Source: Chloroflexota bacterium (GTDB lineage: Bacteria > Chloroflexota > Dehalococcoidia > Lucifugimonadales > GCA-2712585). From it: a DNA stretch of 48,816 nucleotides. The stretch is from contig JAPULR010000207.1 in assembly GCA_027294635.1 (NCBI GenBank), positions 1 to 48,816 of the forward strand, read 5' to 3'. The translations under genes were made by a program, and so were the position numbers. Positions 35,998-44,739 of the stretch are shown in pieces (within the stretch, counting starts at the first letter, position 1; each line of letters starts with the position of its first letter). Under the pieces are notes generated by a model that was not told the origin of the DNA, did not search any database, and saw only the letters and a program-made list of their open reading frames with translations.

Positions 35998-36930
35998 TTG
36001 GCCATACGCAATTTCCGCTGGGAAGATATTCCTGCCATCGCTGACCTAGAAAGCCGGTTGCTCCAGAATGAAGGCAACACGGCCTCCGCCAGCCAGCAGT
36101 CTGTTCAAGAGCACCTTGGCCAACCCAACCTTCACGTGGAGGAAGACCTCTTCCTGTATGAGGTCAACGGGAGTTTGGGAGGCCTTGCTCTGGTTTGCCT
36201 GGAACCTCCCATCAAACGCAGCGTGCTGATCCTCAGGATTCATCCTGACCATGAGGCTCAGGGGATAGAACAAGCCCTGGTACAGGTGGCCCTAAAGAGG
36301 GCTCGAGAGCTAAAGGCATCGGTGCTTCATGTTCAAGTGCCTCAGGGCTCTCCCTGGAGCAAGCTCCTTGAAGAAGAGGGATTTAACGCTGTCCGGGTCT
36401 ATTGGGTCATGCATTGGGATGTGCAGGGTCTTCCTCCCATAGAGGTGCCGGAAGGGTTTTCCTTCAGAACATACGGAAGGGCCGGAGATGCGGAGACTCT
36501 GACTCGGATTCAGAACGCCGCCTTTGGGGTTAGCTGGGGGTTCTCACCCAACACCCCGGAGGAGATCGCATACCGCGCCGATATGAGTATGACCAGTCCC
36601 CAAGGAATCATTTTCTTGAGCGAAGGAGAGGCTGTCAGCGGCTACTGTTGGACTCTCATCCTTGATAGAGGTAAATGGAAAGTGGGAGTGATCTCCATGA
36701 TAGGCATCGACCCCGCCTATCGCCAGCGACGGCTGGGAAAACCGCTGCTAAAGGCGGGGTTAGAATACCTCTCCTCGCAGGGTGTGGGCCACGTGGAACT
36801 GGAGGTGGACGGCGAGAACAAGCCCGCTACACGGCTTTACCTATCGATGGGATTTAAAAAAGTGGCGGAGCGTCACTGGTTTGAGGCGTCCCTAGAGGCC
36901 CCTTCTTCTCCAGATACTCCATCCCTGTAG
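35998..36930 (+). CDS. Tandem-GNAT N-acetyltransferase (MshD-like architecture)
   Basis: 310 aa with two GNAT domains. The second carries IGIDPAYRQRRLGKPLL (acetyl-CoA P-loop-like). Size and two-domain layout resemble mycothiol synthase. TTG start. Confidence 0.7.
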   Translation: MAIRNFRWEDIPAIADLESRLLQNEGNTASASQQSVQEHLGQPNLHVEEDLFLYEVNGSLGGLALVCLEPPIKRSVLILRIHPDHEAQGIEQALVQVALKRARELKASVLHVQVPQGSPWSKLLEEEGFNAVRVYWVMHWDVQGLPPIEVPEGFSFRTYGRAGDAETLTRIQNAAFGVSWGFSPNTPEEIAYRADMSMTSPQGIIFLSEGEAVSGYCWTLILDRGKWKVGVISMIGIDPAYRQRRLGKPLLKAGLEYLSSQGVGHVELEVDGENKPATRLYLSMGFKKVAERHWFEASLEAPSSPDTPSL

Positions 36931-37565
36931 CCATCTTTCAACACAGAGGTCTCCTGAATTTGCGGCGGCGTCAGTACGCCTCCCGAGATCACTATCTTCA
37001 TGGCCTCATCAACAGACAGAGTGGTGGAGACCACCTTGTCCTCTGGAAGGAGGGCCAGAAAGCCCGAGGTGGGAACAGGGGAAGTAGGTATGTACACCGC
37101 CACCATGGGATTGCCCCTCGCGTCCTTGTAAGAGGCGGTTACAAACCCGATGGATTTTACTCCGTCCTTGGGATAGTCCAGAAGCACTACTCGATTGTAC
37201 CGTTGCTCCCAATTAGCTGTACCCAAGGCGTCCACCGTCTGCCGGGCCGTCCGATAGATGGGTCTAACTATGGGAATGAGGTCCGCGAGACGGTGCCCAA
37301 AGGCAATAACCCTGCGGCCTATGACGTAGCTTCCTACAAGGCCGGCCATATATAAGATGACCAAAAAGGCGATTATGCCGACTCCAGGTATGTCCTGACC
37401 CGAGGAATCCTTTATGAGCTCCCTTAGCGGAGGGTCAATGATGTCGAAGAGAAACTTGATTATTAGGTAGGTGGCGCCCAAAGGTAGGATAACCAACAAA
37501 CCCGAGAGCATCCGGCTTTTGACATGTTGGCCCAGAAATTTCGTAAATGTGGCCGGGCGGAGCAT
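36873..37565 (-). CDS. DUF502-family membrane protein
   Basis: The ORF track extends to 37895, but that part overlaps the upstream GT4 gene in another frame. ATG 37565 (MLRPATFTKFLGQHVKSRMLSGLLVILPLGATYLI...) has a GGAG SD and lies 17 nt after the GT4 stop. Two TM helices plus a conserved C-terminal domain. Confidence 0.7.
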   Translation of the reverse strand: MLRPATFTKFLGQHVKSRMLSGLLVILPLGATYLIIKFLFDIIDPPLRELIKDSSGQDIPGVGIIAFLVILYMAGLVGSYVIGRRVIAFGHRLADLIPIVRPIYRTARQTVDALGTANWEQRYNRVVLLDYPKDGVKSIGFVTASYKDARGNPMVAVYIPTSPVPTSGFLALLPEDKVVSTTLSVDEAMKIVISGGVLTPPQIQETSVLKDGYRDGVSGEEGASRDASNQ

Positions 37566-37582
37566 CTCCAATCGCCTGCTTT

Positions 37583-38797
37583 CTATGTAACGGCACCCCG
37601 CAACAGGGACTGGTAGATGTCGGCAACCTTGACAGCAACCTTGTCCCAACCCATGGTACCGGCCATCTCTAAGGCAGCGTGGCTCATACTTTTTCGGAGA
37701 CCCTTGTTTTGCATCACCATTGTAAGGGTATCGGCATAGCGTTCGGGGCAACGCCAGGGAAGCAGGTAACCGTTTTGACCGTGCTTTACCACTGCTGGGA
37801 GTCCCCCAACCCTTGAGGCGATTACCGGCGTCCCGCAGGCCATAGATTCCAAGGCCACCAAGCCGAAGCTCTCGTAGTAGGAGGGGACCACGCACACATC
37901 GGCGGCGGAGAAGTAGGTAGACAGTTGGTCTTGGTTCACCCTGCCAACAAACTCAACTACATCCGCCACACCCATCTCCTCTGACAAGGCCGCCAGACGT
38001 TGCACTTCCTGTTCTTGGGTGGGATCGCCACCTACGATCAGAACCTTAAGCGGGTCATCTCCATCCATTATAGCAGTGATACGTAAAAGAAATTCTACCC
38101 CTTTTAGTGGCTCTATCCGCCCAACGTAAAGCATTACCTTCTCCCCGTTAAGCCCCAAGCGATGCCGCGCCTCGGTCATATCCAGGGGTTTAAATAGGGA
38201 GAGGTCCACACCACAATGCACCGCTTCTATCCGCCCGCTGGGAGCTCCGTATAGCTGCACCATGGCGTCCTTCTCATGGAGGCTGGACGCGATAATCTGG
38301 TCAGCGGATTTCATGAGATCGCCTTCAATGCGGGTCCTAAAGAGGGGTTCACCTTCTCCGGCCCTAGCGCGCCGCTTTAACTCCGCCAGGGTATGGAAGG
38401 TGACTACATGACGAACTGTGTTCTTTCTAGCCAGGTACCTACCTGCCAGGGCCGACATCCAGTAATGAGAGTGGATGAGGCTGTATTCGGTGCCTTCACT
38501 CTCCTGGAAGTGGCAGATGTTGCGGGTAAAGGGATAAACGTAGGGATATAGATTCTCCAGCTCCGTGTCTTTGGGTCCACCATCGAGGTGTATAACCCTT
38601 ACGTTGTGACCCACAGTGACCACATCCGTGTCCTGATTGGGGTGACGCCGGGTAAATATGTCCACCCCTATACCCATGGCGCCCAGGTGTCGGGACAGCT
38701 CTCTCACATAAACGTTCATACCCCCCACCTTCCCGGCCCCTGGAGCCAAGACCGGACAGGTGTGGAAGCTAATCATCGCCACCCTGGGTGCAGTCAA
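37583..38797 (-). CDS. GT4-family retaining glycosyltransferase, MshA-like
   Basis: 404 aa. [41 protein letters not shown] and EPLKG closely follow the motif order I recall for MshA ([40 protein letters not shown]). The C-terminal [17 protein letters not shown]-type motif is present. Confidence 0.85.
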   Translation of the reverse strand: [404 protein letters not shown]

Positions 38798-39774
38798 CTT
38801 TTTGTAACCACCATCGTATATACCGGTCTGTCCACTCCTCCCAAGTGGTACTTATAAGGCTCATCCCCCCGCAAAAAATCGAAATAGGCCTTGCCCTCTT
38901 CTATGGCGCTTTTGAGGGTTAGAGCGTTTAGAAGTAGGCCCACGCTATAATAGCCGTACTCCGGATTGTAGCCGCTGTTGTATAGCATTCGGCTAGAGCC
39001 GTAGTCAAAGGTTAACGCTGAGGCTACCCTCTTGCCCCCCATCTCCATAAAGTAGAGGCTCAGCATACCCATTTCCCCTAACTCAGCCGCAATTGCACGG
39101 AAGAACCTCTCCCTTTCCGGAGTCAGGAAGCGGTGCTTGTCCTCCTTACTCATCTTTAAAAGCCCCAGAAAGTCGTCCATACCCTTCTCAACGTCGTCCA
39201 GCTCAGTCAGACCGTACCAACTAACCTCTTCCGCCGAGTCCAACCTTCGCAGCTTGCGCCTCAGCTCATGCCGATCCTTCTTGGTTAGGCTGGCGAGGTA
39301 GTCGTCCCAGGTTTTGGGCAGCATCTTCCCTGGACTGACCTCTTCCTGGGAAATTTCTACATTGTAACCCCTGGAACGGGCTAAGTCCGGCAGGTGCGCC
39401 AGGGTAGGAGAGTTCTGCGCTAGAGAGTACAGCCTCAGGGTATTCCACTCCCGTTGACCCAAGTACTCAATGAAGGCCTCATAGAAGGGGCTCTCCTTCT
39501 CCTTTGGCACCAAGAAATCGTTATAGTCGCATACGTCTTCATCGCCAACGAAGGTGATGCTGCCGCCGCTGGCTCTCAAGGAAGCCATGCCCAGAACCTG
39601 ACCGTCGTCGACGAATCGCAGTAAGCATGGGGACTCACAGTTCCCCAATTCCCTTAGCCACGCCCGCTGCCACTGGGGTGTCTGGAAAGGCGTGTTTACG
39701 ACACAGCGGGAAAGAAAGCTGCTCCACTCGTCGGCGATACCGTCGAAGGAGGTCGAGCAGGTCACGGAAGACAT
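38794..39774 (-). CDS. CelD/BcsL-type (Acetyltransf_6, FemAB-like fold) acyltransferase
   Basis: 326 aa with N-terminal W..F......NTPFQTPQW..AW and a C-terminal GNAT-like core (YF.E..GKRVA..L.F......YNSGY.P....SVG). Its stop overlaps the GT4 start by 4 nt. Confidence 0.65.
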   Translation of the reverse strand: MSSVTCSTSFDGIADEWSSFLSRCVVNTPFQTPQWQRAWLRELGNCESPCLLRFVDDGQVLGMASLRASGGSITFVGDEDVCDYNDFLVPKEKESPFYEAFIEYLGQREWNTLRLYSLAQNSPTLAHLPDLARSRGYNVEISQEEVSPGKMLPKTWDDYLASLTKKDRHELRRKLRRLDSAEEVSWYGLTELDDVEKGMDDFLGLLKMSKEDKHRFLTPERERFFRAIAAELGEMGMLSLYFMEMGGKRVASALTFDYGSSRMLYNSGYNPEYGYYSVGLLLNALTLKSAIEEGKAYFDFLRGDEPYKYHLGGVDRPVYTMVVTKS

Positions 39775-39775
39775 C

Positions 39776-40339
39776 CTACCTCCTCTGCAACAGGGCTAGA
39801 AACTCGCTGGGACCCATGTCACTTGTGGAAAAGGGGCCTCGCACTGCAGAGGTCAGGATTCGGCTCCCCGGCTTCTGCACTCCCCTCATGGTCATGCAAA
39901 AATGCTCCGCTTCAATTACCACTGCAACACCATCAGGCTGTAGAGCGCTATGGATAGCGTCCGCAAGCTGAGACGTCATGCGCTCTTGCAGCTGGGGCCG
40001 ACGGGCAACTAGCTCCAGAGCTCTCACAAGCTTGCTGGCCCCGGAAATCTTTCCCGCAGGTATGTAGCCTATCTGCGCCACTCCAAAAAAGGGCAGTAGG
40101 TGATGTTCACACATGGAGTAGAAGGAAACGTCCTTCAGGATGACCACACTGCGATCATGCTCTTCCTCAAACACGGTAGTAAAAGCTTCCACCGGGTCCA
40201 CCCCAACTCCGGAGAAGATCTCCCGATAGAGCTTGGCCACACGACGTGGGGTATCCCGGAGCCCCTCACGGTTCGGGTCTTCGCCCACGGCCCCGATTAT
40301 GGCGGCGACGCCTTGGCGGATCTGGTCCTCCTGTGTCAT
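39776..40339 (-). CDS. folE: GTP cyclohydrolase I
   Basis: The start is set at ATG 40339 (MTQEDQIRQ..., GGGAGGAAGGG SD, ATGA overlap with the thrC stop). The ORF-track extension to 40477 overlaps thrC. Signature SMCEHHLLPFFG and HFCMTMRGV. Confidence 0.92.
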   Translation of the reverse strand: MTQEDQIRQGVAAIIGAVGEDPNREGLRDTPRRVAKLYREIFSGVGVDPVEAFTTVFEEEHDRSVVILKDVSFYSMCEHHLLPFFGVAQIGYIPAGKISGASKLVRALELVARRPQLQERMTSQLADAIHSALQPDGVAVVIEAEHFCMTMRGVQKPGSRILTSAVRGPFSTSDMGPSEFLALLQRR

Positions 40340-41421
40340 CCCTTCCTCCCGCCAGAGACGGACATCAGAAGGGCGGCCTCCACCGCCTCCAAGTTTGGAG
40401 AGACCTCCCTCACCTCCGATTTGATGAATTTTACTGCAAACTCCGGGTCCTTCAAGCCAGAGCCGGTAATAATGCACACCACACTCTGGCCCTCAAGCTC
40501 CAGCCCATTTCTGTGAAGCTTTATCAGGCCGGCTACACCAGCCGCCGAAGCCGGCTCGCAGAAAATTCCCTCACCGGCGGCCATGAGGCGATAGGCATCT
40601 AGAATCTCGTCGTCGCTGACGGTGTCAATTATGCCACCCGACTCGTCTCTGGCCTTGGTAGCCCCTTCCCAACTAGCGGGATTGCCAATACGAATAGCGG
40701 AAGCGACGGTGGTGGGATCAGGAACGGGTTGCCCAAGGACGATAGGTGCCGCACCCTGAGCCTGGAACCCCATCATCTTGGGAAGAGTTTTTGCCCTTTC
40801 GGCGGCATGGTATTCCACAAACCCTCTCCAGTAAGAGGTAATGTTGCCTGCGTTGCCTACGGGGATACAGAGGAGGTCGGGGGCATCGCCTAGCTCGTCA
40901 ACTATTTCAAAGGCGGCCGTCTTTTGACCCTCCAAACGGTTGGGGTTCACTGAGTTGACCAGGGTCAGTGGATACATTTCCGCCACGGCGCGGGCCAAGG
41001 ACAGGGCCTGGTCGAAGTTGCCGTTTATCGCCAAAATCCTGGCCCCGTGGGCCCGTGCCTGGGCCAGCTTGCCAATGGCCACATCCCCTTGTGGCACCAG
41101 GACTGTAGCGGGTATTTCAACCCGGGCACCGTAGGCGGCTGCGGAAGCACTGGTATTTCCCGTGGAGGCGCAGATTATCCCCTGGCTTCCTTCCTCCAGG
41201 GCCTTGGCCACCGCTAACACCATACCCCGGTCTTTAAAAGACCCCGTAGGATTACACCCCTCCAACTTGAAATAAAGCTCGGAACAGCCCAGCTCCTGGG
41301 ACAGCTTGTTGGAACGGACCAGGGGGGTATCACCCTCCCCCAGAGTTATCATCGGTGTGCCATCACCAACGGGCAGGTACTCACGGTACTTCCTGAGGAC
41401 TCCTTGACTCATTCCACCCAT
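40336..41421 (-). CDS. thrC: Threonine synthase
   Basis: 361 aa with the PLP-lysine motif NPTGSFKDRG and GNTSASAAAY. Confidence 0.95.
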   Translation of the reverse strand: MGGMSQGVLRKYREYLPVGDGTPMITLGEGDTPLVRSNKLSQELGCSELYFKLEGCNPTGSFKDRGMVLAVAKALEEGSQGIICASTGNTSASAAAYGARVEIPATVLVPQGDVAIGKLAQARAHGARILAINGNFDQALSLARAVAEMYPLTLVNSVNPNRLEGQKTAAFEIVDELGDAPDLLCIPVGNAGNITSYWRGFVEYHAAERAKTLPKMMGFQAQGAAPIVLGQPVPDPTTVASAIRIGNPASWEGATKARDESGGIIDTVSDDEILDAYRLMAAGEGIFCEPASAAGVAGLIKLHRNGLELEGQSVVCIITGSGLKDPEFAVKFIKSEVREVSPNLEAVEAALLMSVSGGRKG

Positions 41422-41425
41422 TGGC

Positions 41426-42733
41426 CTAAGACGGTAACTCCTCTATCCGGATCATGTTGCTTACTTCTTTTACCACATCTAGCTCGCCAAGCAAAGCCAG
41501 TGACCGTTGGACCGCAGCTTCCTTGGAGGGATGAGTGGTTATAACGATCTCCGCCGTTTGAGTGGTTGGGTCAGTGTCTTTTTGAATGATGGAAGCAATG
41601 CTTATGTTCAAGTCACCCAGGACGCGCGTTATCTGGGCCAGAACCCCGGCGCGGTCGGGCACGTTGAGCCGGAAATAGCAACGGGTCTCCACCTCCGACA
41701 TGGCCTTAACGGTAAGGCTTTCCTCCATTTGAACCGCCCTGGAAGGCTCTCCGTTGGCCACTAACCTCCGCCCAATCTCCACCAGGTCTCCCAAAACGGC
41801 GCTGGTTGTGGGCTCACGCCCCGCGCCAAGGCCGTGGAATACCGTTCTGCCCAACAGGTTTCCCTCCACCTCCACGGCATTGAACACCCCGCTAACCTTT
41901 GCCAGTAGATGTCCCTCTGGGACCAAAGCAGGGTGTACCCTGACCTCCACCTTGGCTCCATCACGCTTGGCGATGGCCAGAAGCTTTATGGCGTAGCCCA
42001 ACTCACTTGCGTACCGAAAATCCCGGGCGTGCAGTCGGGAGATACCTTCCCGAAACACCTCACCTGGCGAGACTCGCGAATGGAATGCCAGGGTGGCCAA
42101 TATAGCCAGCTTATAGGCCGCATCCAGACCCTCAACGTCGTTGGAAGGGTCGGCCTCAGCATAACCTAGGTCCTGGGCCAATCTCAAGGCCTCATCGCCA
42201 CTCATCCCTTCCTCAGCCATTCTGGTCAGTATGAAGTTGGTGGTCCCGTTGATAATGGCGTGGATGGAATGAATCTGGTTGCCCAAAAAATCCTTCGTCA
42301 GGGATCCAATGATGGGTATGGCGCCACCTACGGCACCCTCGAATAGAAGGCTAAGTCTTTTGGCGTCGGCCAGCGCCAACAGCTCAGGGCCGTCCTTGGC
42401 CATCACCTCTTTGTTGGCGGTCACCACGTGTTTACCCCGCTCAAGGGCTCCCCTGATGTACTCCCCTGCAGGGCTCTCACCACCCATAAGCTCCACCACA
42501 ACCTGCACAGCGGGGTCATCTAGGACCTGTTGGGCGTCTTTGGTCAGCTTATGAGGGGGTAAAGAAACGGGACGTTGCTTCTCCACGTCCCTGACCAGTA
42601 CCTTGCGCAGCTCCAGAGGGGCCCCTACCCTGCAGGCAAGTGGCTCTCGGTGGTTCTCTAAAGCTTGTGCGACTCCACTACCCACAACCCCCAGCCCCAG
42701 AAGCCCCACTCCAATGGATTGGGGAGTCTTCAA
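41426..42733 (-). CDS. hom: Homoserine dehydrogenase (with C-terminal ACT domain)
   Basis: 435 aa with an N-terminal Rossmann motif (GVGLLGLGVVGSGV), a catalytic domain (NGTTNFILT) and an ACT domain. Confidence 0.95.
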   Translation of the reverse strand: MKTPQSIGVGLLGLGVVGSGVAQALENHREPLACRVGAPLELRKVLVRDVEKQRPVSLPPHKLTKDAQQVLDDPAVQVVVELMGGESPAGEYIRGALERGKHVVTANKEVMAKDGPELLALADAKRLSLLFEGAVGGAIPIIGSLTKDFLGNQIHSIHAIINGTTNFILTRMAEEGMSGDEALRLAQDLGYAEADPSNDVEGLDAAYKLAILATLAFHSRVSPGEVFREGISRLHARDFRYASELGYAIKLLAIAKRDGAKVEVRVHPALVPEGHLLAKVSGVFNAVEVEGNLLGRTVFHGLGAGREPTTSAVLGDLVEIGRRLVANGEPSRAVQMEESLTVKAMSEVETRCYFRLNVPDRAGVLAQITRVLGDLNISIASIIQKDTDPTTQTAEIVITTHPSKEAAVQRSLALLGELDVVKEVSNMIRIEELPS

Positions 42734-43911
42734 CTTCCCCGTGATTCCCCTCTATTTTGCTGTGCCGTCTGACGGAGCTGCTCTGCCGCCCAGGCGTAAA
42801 TCTCGCTGTCGTACTTTATCCCAAGCCAGCCTTCACTAGTGCCCTGCTCAAACCTGTCTTCCAACCAACGCTGGAGGGCCATGTCCTTCAGCCTCTCTGT
42901 CCAGTCGTCCGAAACCTCCAGCACCTCTGGCCCGTTGGCAATCTCCATAAAGTATAAGTAGCCGCTGCTCTCCCAGGCTTCGCTAACCTCTCCAATAGCA
43001 AGAGCTTCAATCTGCTCGTCCCCAAAAAGGCGCACATCCAGTTTCGGAAAGGCTCCCCTGGGAACCCAGCCTACGTACCCATTGGGGTCGGCAAATCTGA
43101 AGGCAGCGCTAAATTCCTGGGCCACTATTTCAAACTCTTCGCTTTCCAGGCGCTCGCTGATTGCCGTAAGGTCCTGCCACCGCTCTGGATCTCCCAGGGA
43201 TGGGTCAGGCCGGAGAGGAGTCCTGAGCCAGGACACCTCCACATGCTCTTTTTCGGTGGGAAGGTTGGCTCCCAGGGCACTCCTCATTCTGAAGAAGTAC
43301 ATCTGCTCTTCCGTGAGGCGCCGATAATCACTATCCGATATGCGGTTAAAGTTCAGATAGCCCTGATACTGTTCCTTGAATTCCCTCTCTATCTGATCGG
43401 GGGTAGCAATTTGACCCTCAGGTACGGTGGGAGTGAAAACGGCTCTAACGGAACCATCTATCTCCTCCTCCGTAACACTGATACCGTACTCTGCGGCCCC
43501 CTGTTTAAGGAGCTCCATCTGCACCATGCCGAGTCTAAAGGGTCCCGCGCTAACGTCTAGGTCGGGATTGTAGAGGACACGAAGGATGTCTGTCAGACTA
43601 ATCGAAGACGCGGTGTAACCTTGAGCAGCCTGGATCATACGAACCCGTTTCACTACGTCGCCCTGGTTGAAGCGGGTGTCATTGATGAACGCCGCATTCA
43701 CCCGCGGTGGGCTGTAGAATTGCGTATACCACAGGCCGATGGTAACGCCAGCAATAGCTAGCAATACCATGGCGCCAAAGAAAAAGACCAGCCGCTTACG
43801 ACCGCGCTGTCCTTCTTCGCGAGCGCGCTGTATGCGCCTGTCGCTAGCCTGGGGGGTTCTGTCGGATCCTCTGCCTCTGGTGGGCCGTCCTCGTTGTTGA
43901 GAAAAAGCCAT
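42730..43911 (-). CDS. Membrane-anchored SurA/PrsA-like protein with degenerate parvulin-type PPIase domain
   Basis: 393 aa with an Arg-rich N-terminal tail and one TM helix. A SurA-N-like region follows. A C-terminal stretch NGYVGWVPRGAFPKLDVRLF...GEVSEAWESSGYLYFMEI resembles the parvulin GGDLGWF.RG...F...G.VS.P....GYHII pattern. Confidence 0.5.
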   Translation of the reverse strand: MAFSQQRGRPTRGRGSDRTPQASDRRIQRAREEGQRGRKRLVFFFGAMVLLAIAGVTIGLWYTQFYSPPRVNAAFINDTRFNQGDVVKRVRMIQAAQGYTASSISLTDILRVLYNPDLDVSAGPFRLGMVQMELLKQGAAEYGISVTEEEIDGSVRAVFTPTVPEGQIATPDQIEREFKEQYQGYLNFNRISDSDYRRLTEEQMYFFRMRSALGANLPTEKEHVEVSWLRTPLRPDPSLGDPERWQDLTAISERLESEEFEIVAQEFSAAFRFADPNGYVGWVPRGAFPKLDVRLFGDEQIEALAIGEVSEAWESSGYLYFMEIANGPEVLEVSDDWTERLKDMALQRWLEDRFEQGTSEGWLGIKYDSEIYAWAAEQLRQTAQQNRGESRGS

Positions 43912-43995
43912 TTACGGGAACCCTTTGCACGACTAACAAGGTGATTGATGAGAAACTTGATATTGACGCTACGATCCGGAACTAGAAAAGGATTG

Positions 43996-44280
43996 CTAAG
44001 CCATAAGGCGTCCATGGTCAGGACTCAGGGGCAGAAGGGCCACAATGCGAGCCCTTTTGATAGCCCTGGATAGGGCCCGCTGGTGACGGGCACAGGTGCC
44101 CGTTTTCCGCCTTGGGTCAATTTTGAACCTGTTGGACAAGTATCTCCTTAGCCGGCCCACGTCCTTGTAGTCGATAAGGTCGATCTTCTCCACGCAAAAA
44201 GCGCAAACCTTACGCCTGGGGACAAAGCGGCGCCTGGGCCGCTCTCTACTAAATTCCCGTTGCGGCGCTCTACTGGTCAT
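43996..44280 (-). CDS. rpsR: 30S ribosomal protein S18
   Basis: 94 aa with [24 protein letters not shown]...[20 protein letters not shown]. Confidence 0.95.
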   Translation of the reverse strand: MTSRAPQREFSRERPRRRFVPRRKVCAFCVEKIDLIDYKDVGRLRRYLSNRFKIDPRRKTGTCARHQRALSRAIKRARIVALLPLSPDHGRLMA

Positions 44281-44319
44281 TTACTATGTGTCTCCTTGAT
44301 ATATATCCTTGGCGCAGAT

Positions 44320-44727
44320 CTAAAAGGGCAGGTCGTCCGGCTCCAGAGCCCCCTCTGCATCACCACCGTTCACAGTGGAATCTCCGGGAGCAGTCCCCTG
44401 GTCCAGGAAAAGCACGGAACTAGCGATGATCTCGTTTACCGAACGAGGCTGGCCATCCTGGCTCTCCCAGCGACGGCTCCTGAATCTTCCTTCGATATAG
44501 GCTCGCCGACCCTTGGTGAGATACTGATTCACCTGCTCGGCCAGCTTGTCCCAGGCCACCACGGTAAACCACTCCGTCTCCTCGCGTTGCTCACCGTCAT
44601 CGCCACGGTAAGTTCGGTTAGTGGCCAATCGAAAGGTGGTCACCGCTTTCCCGTTGGGCGTATATTTCATTTCCGGGTCGGTGCCCAGGTTTCCAATAAC
44701 CATTATTTTGTTCAGGCCCACTGCCAT
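44320..44727 (-). CDS. ssb: Single-stranded DNA-binding protein
   Basis: 135 aa with the OB-fold N-terminus MAVGLNKIMVIGNLGTDPEMKYTPNGKAVTTFRLA and the acidic C-terminal tip EPDDLPF. Confidence 0.95.
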   Translation of the reverse strand: MAVGLNKIMVIGNLGTDPEMKYTPNGKAVTTFRLATNRTYRGDDGEQREETEWFTVVAWDKLAEQVNQYLTKGRRAYIEGRFRSRRWESQDGQPRSVNEIIASSVLFLDQGTAPGDSTVNGGDAEGALEPDDLPF

Positions 44728-44739
44728 AGCTACCCCCCA

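Noticed and set aside
37566-37895. N-terminal 110-codon extension of the DUF502 ORF in the ORF track.
   Set aside because: It overlaps the 3' end of the MshA-like GT4 gene in another frame and is Arg/Gly/Cys-rich nonsense. The internal ATG at 37565 has an SD and begins the conserved DUF502 sequence.
40340-40477. N-terminal 46-codon extension of folE, and similarly 21609..21656 for the dehydrogenase gene.
   Set aside because: The folE extension overlaps thrC. The ATG at 40339 with a strong SD and an ATGA stop/start overlap gives a normal-length FolE. For the dehydrogenase, MKAVFIEGHGG at 21657 is the canonical start.
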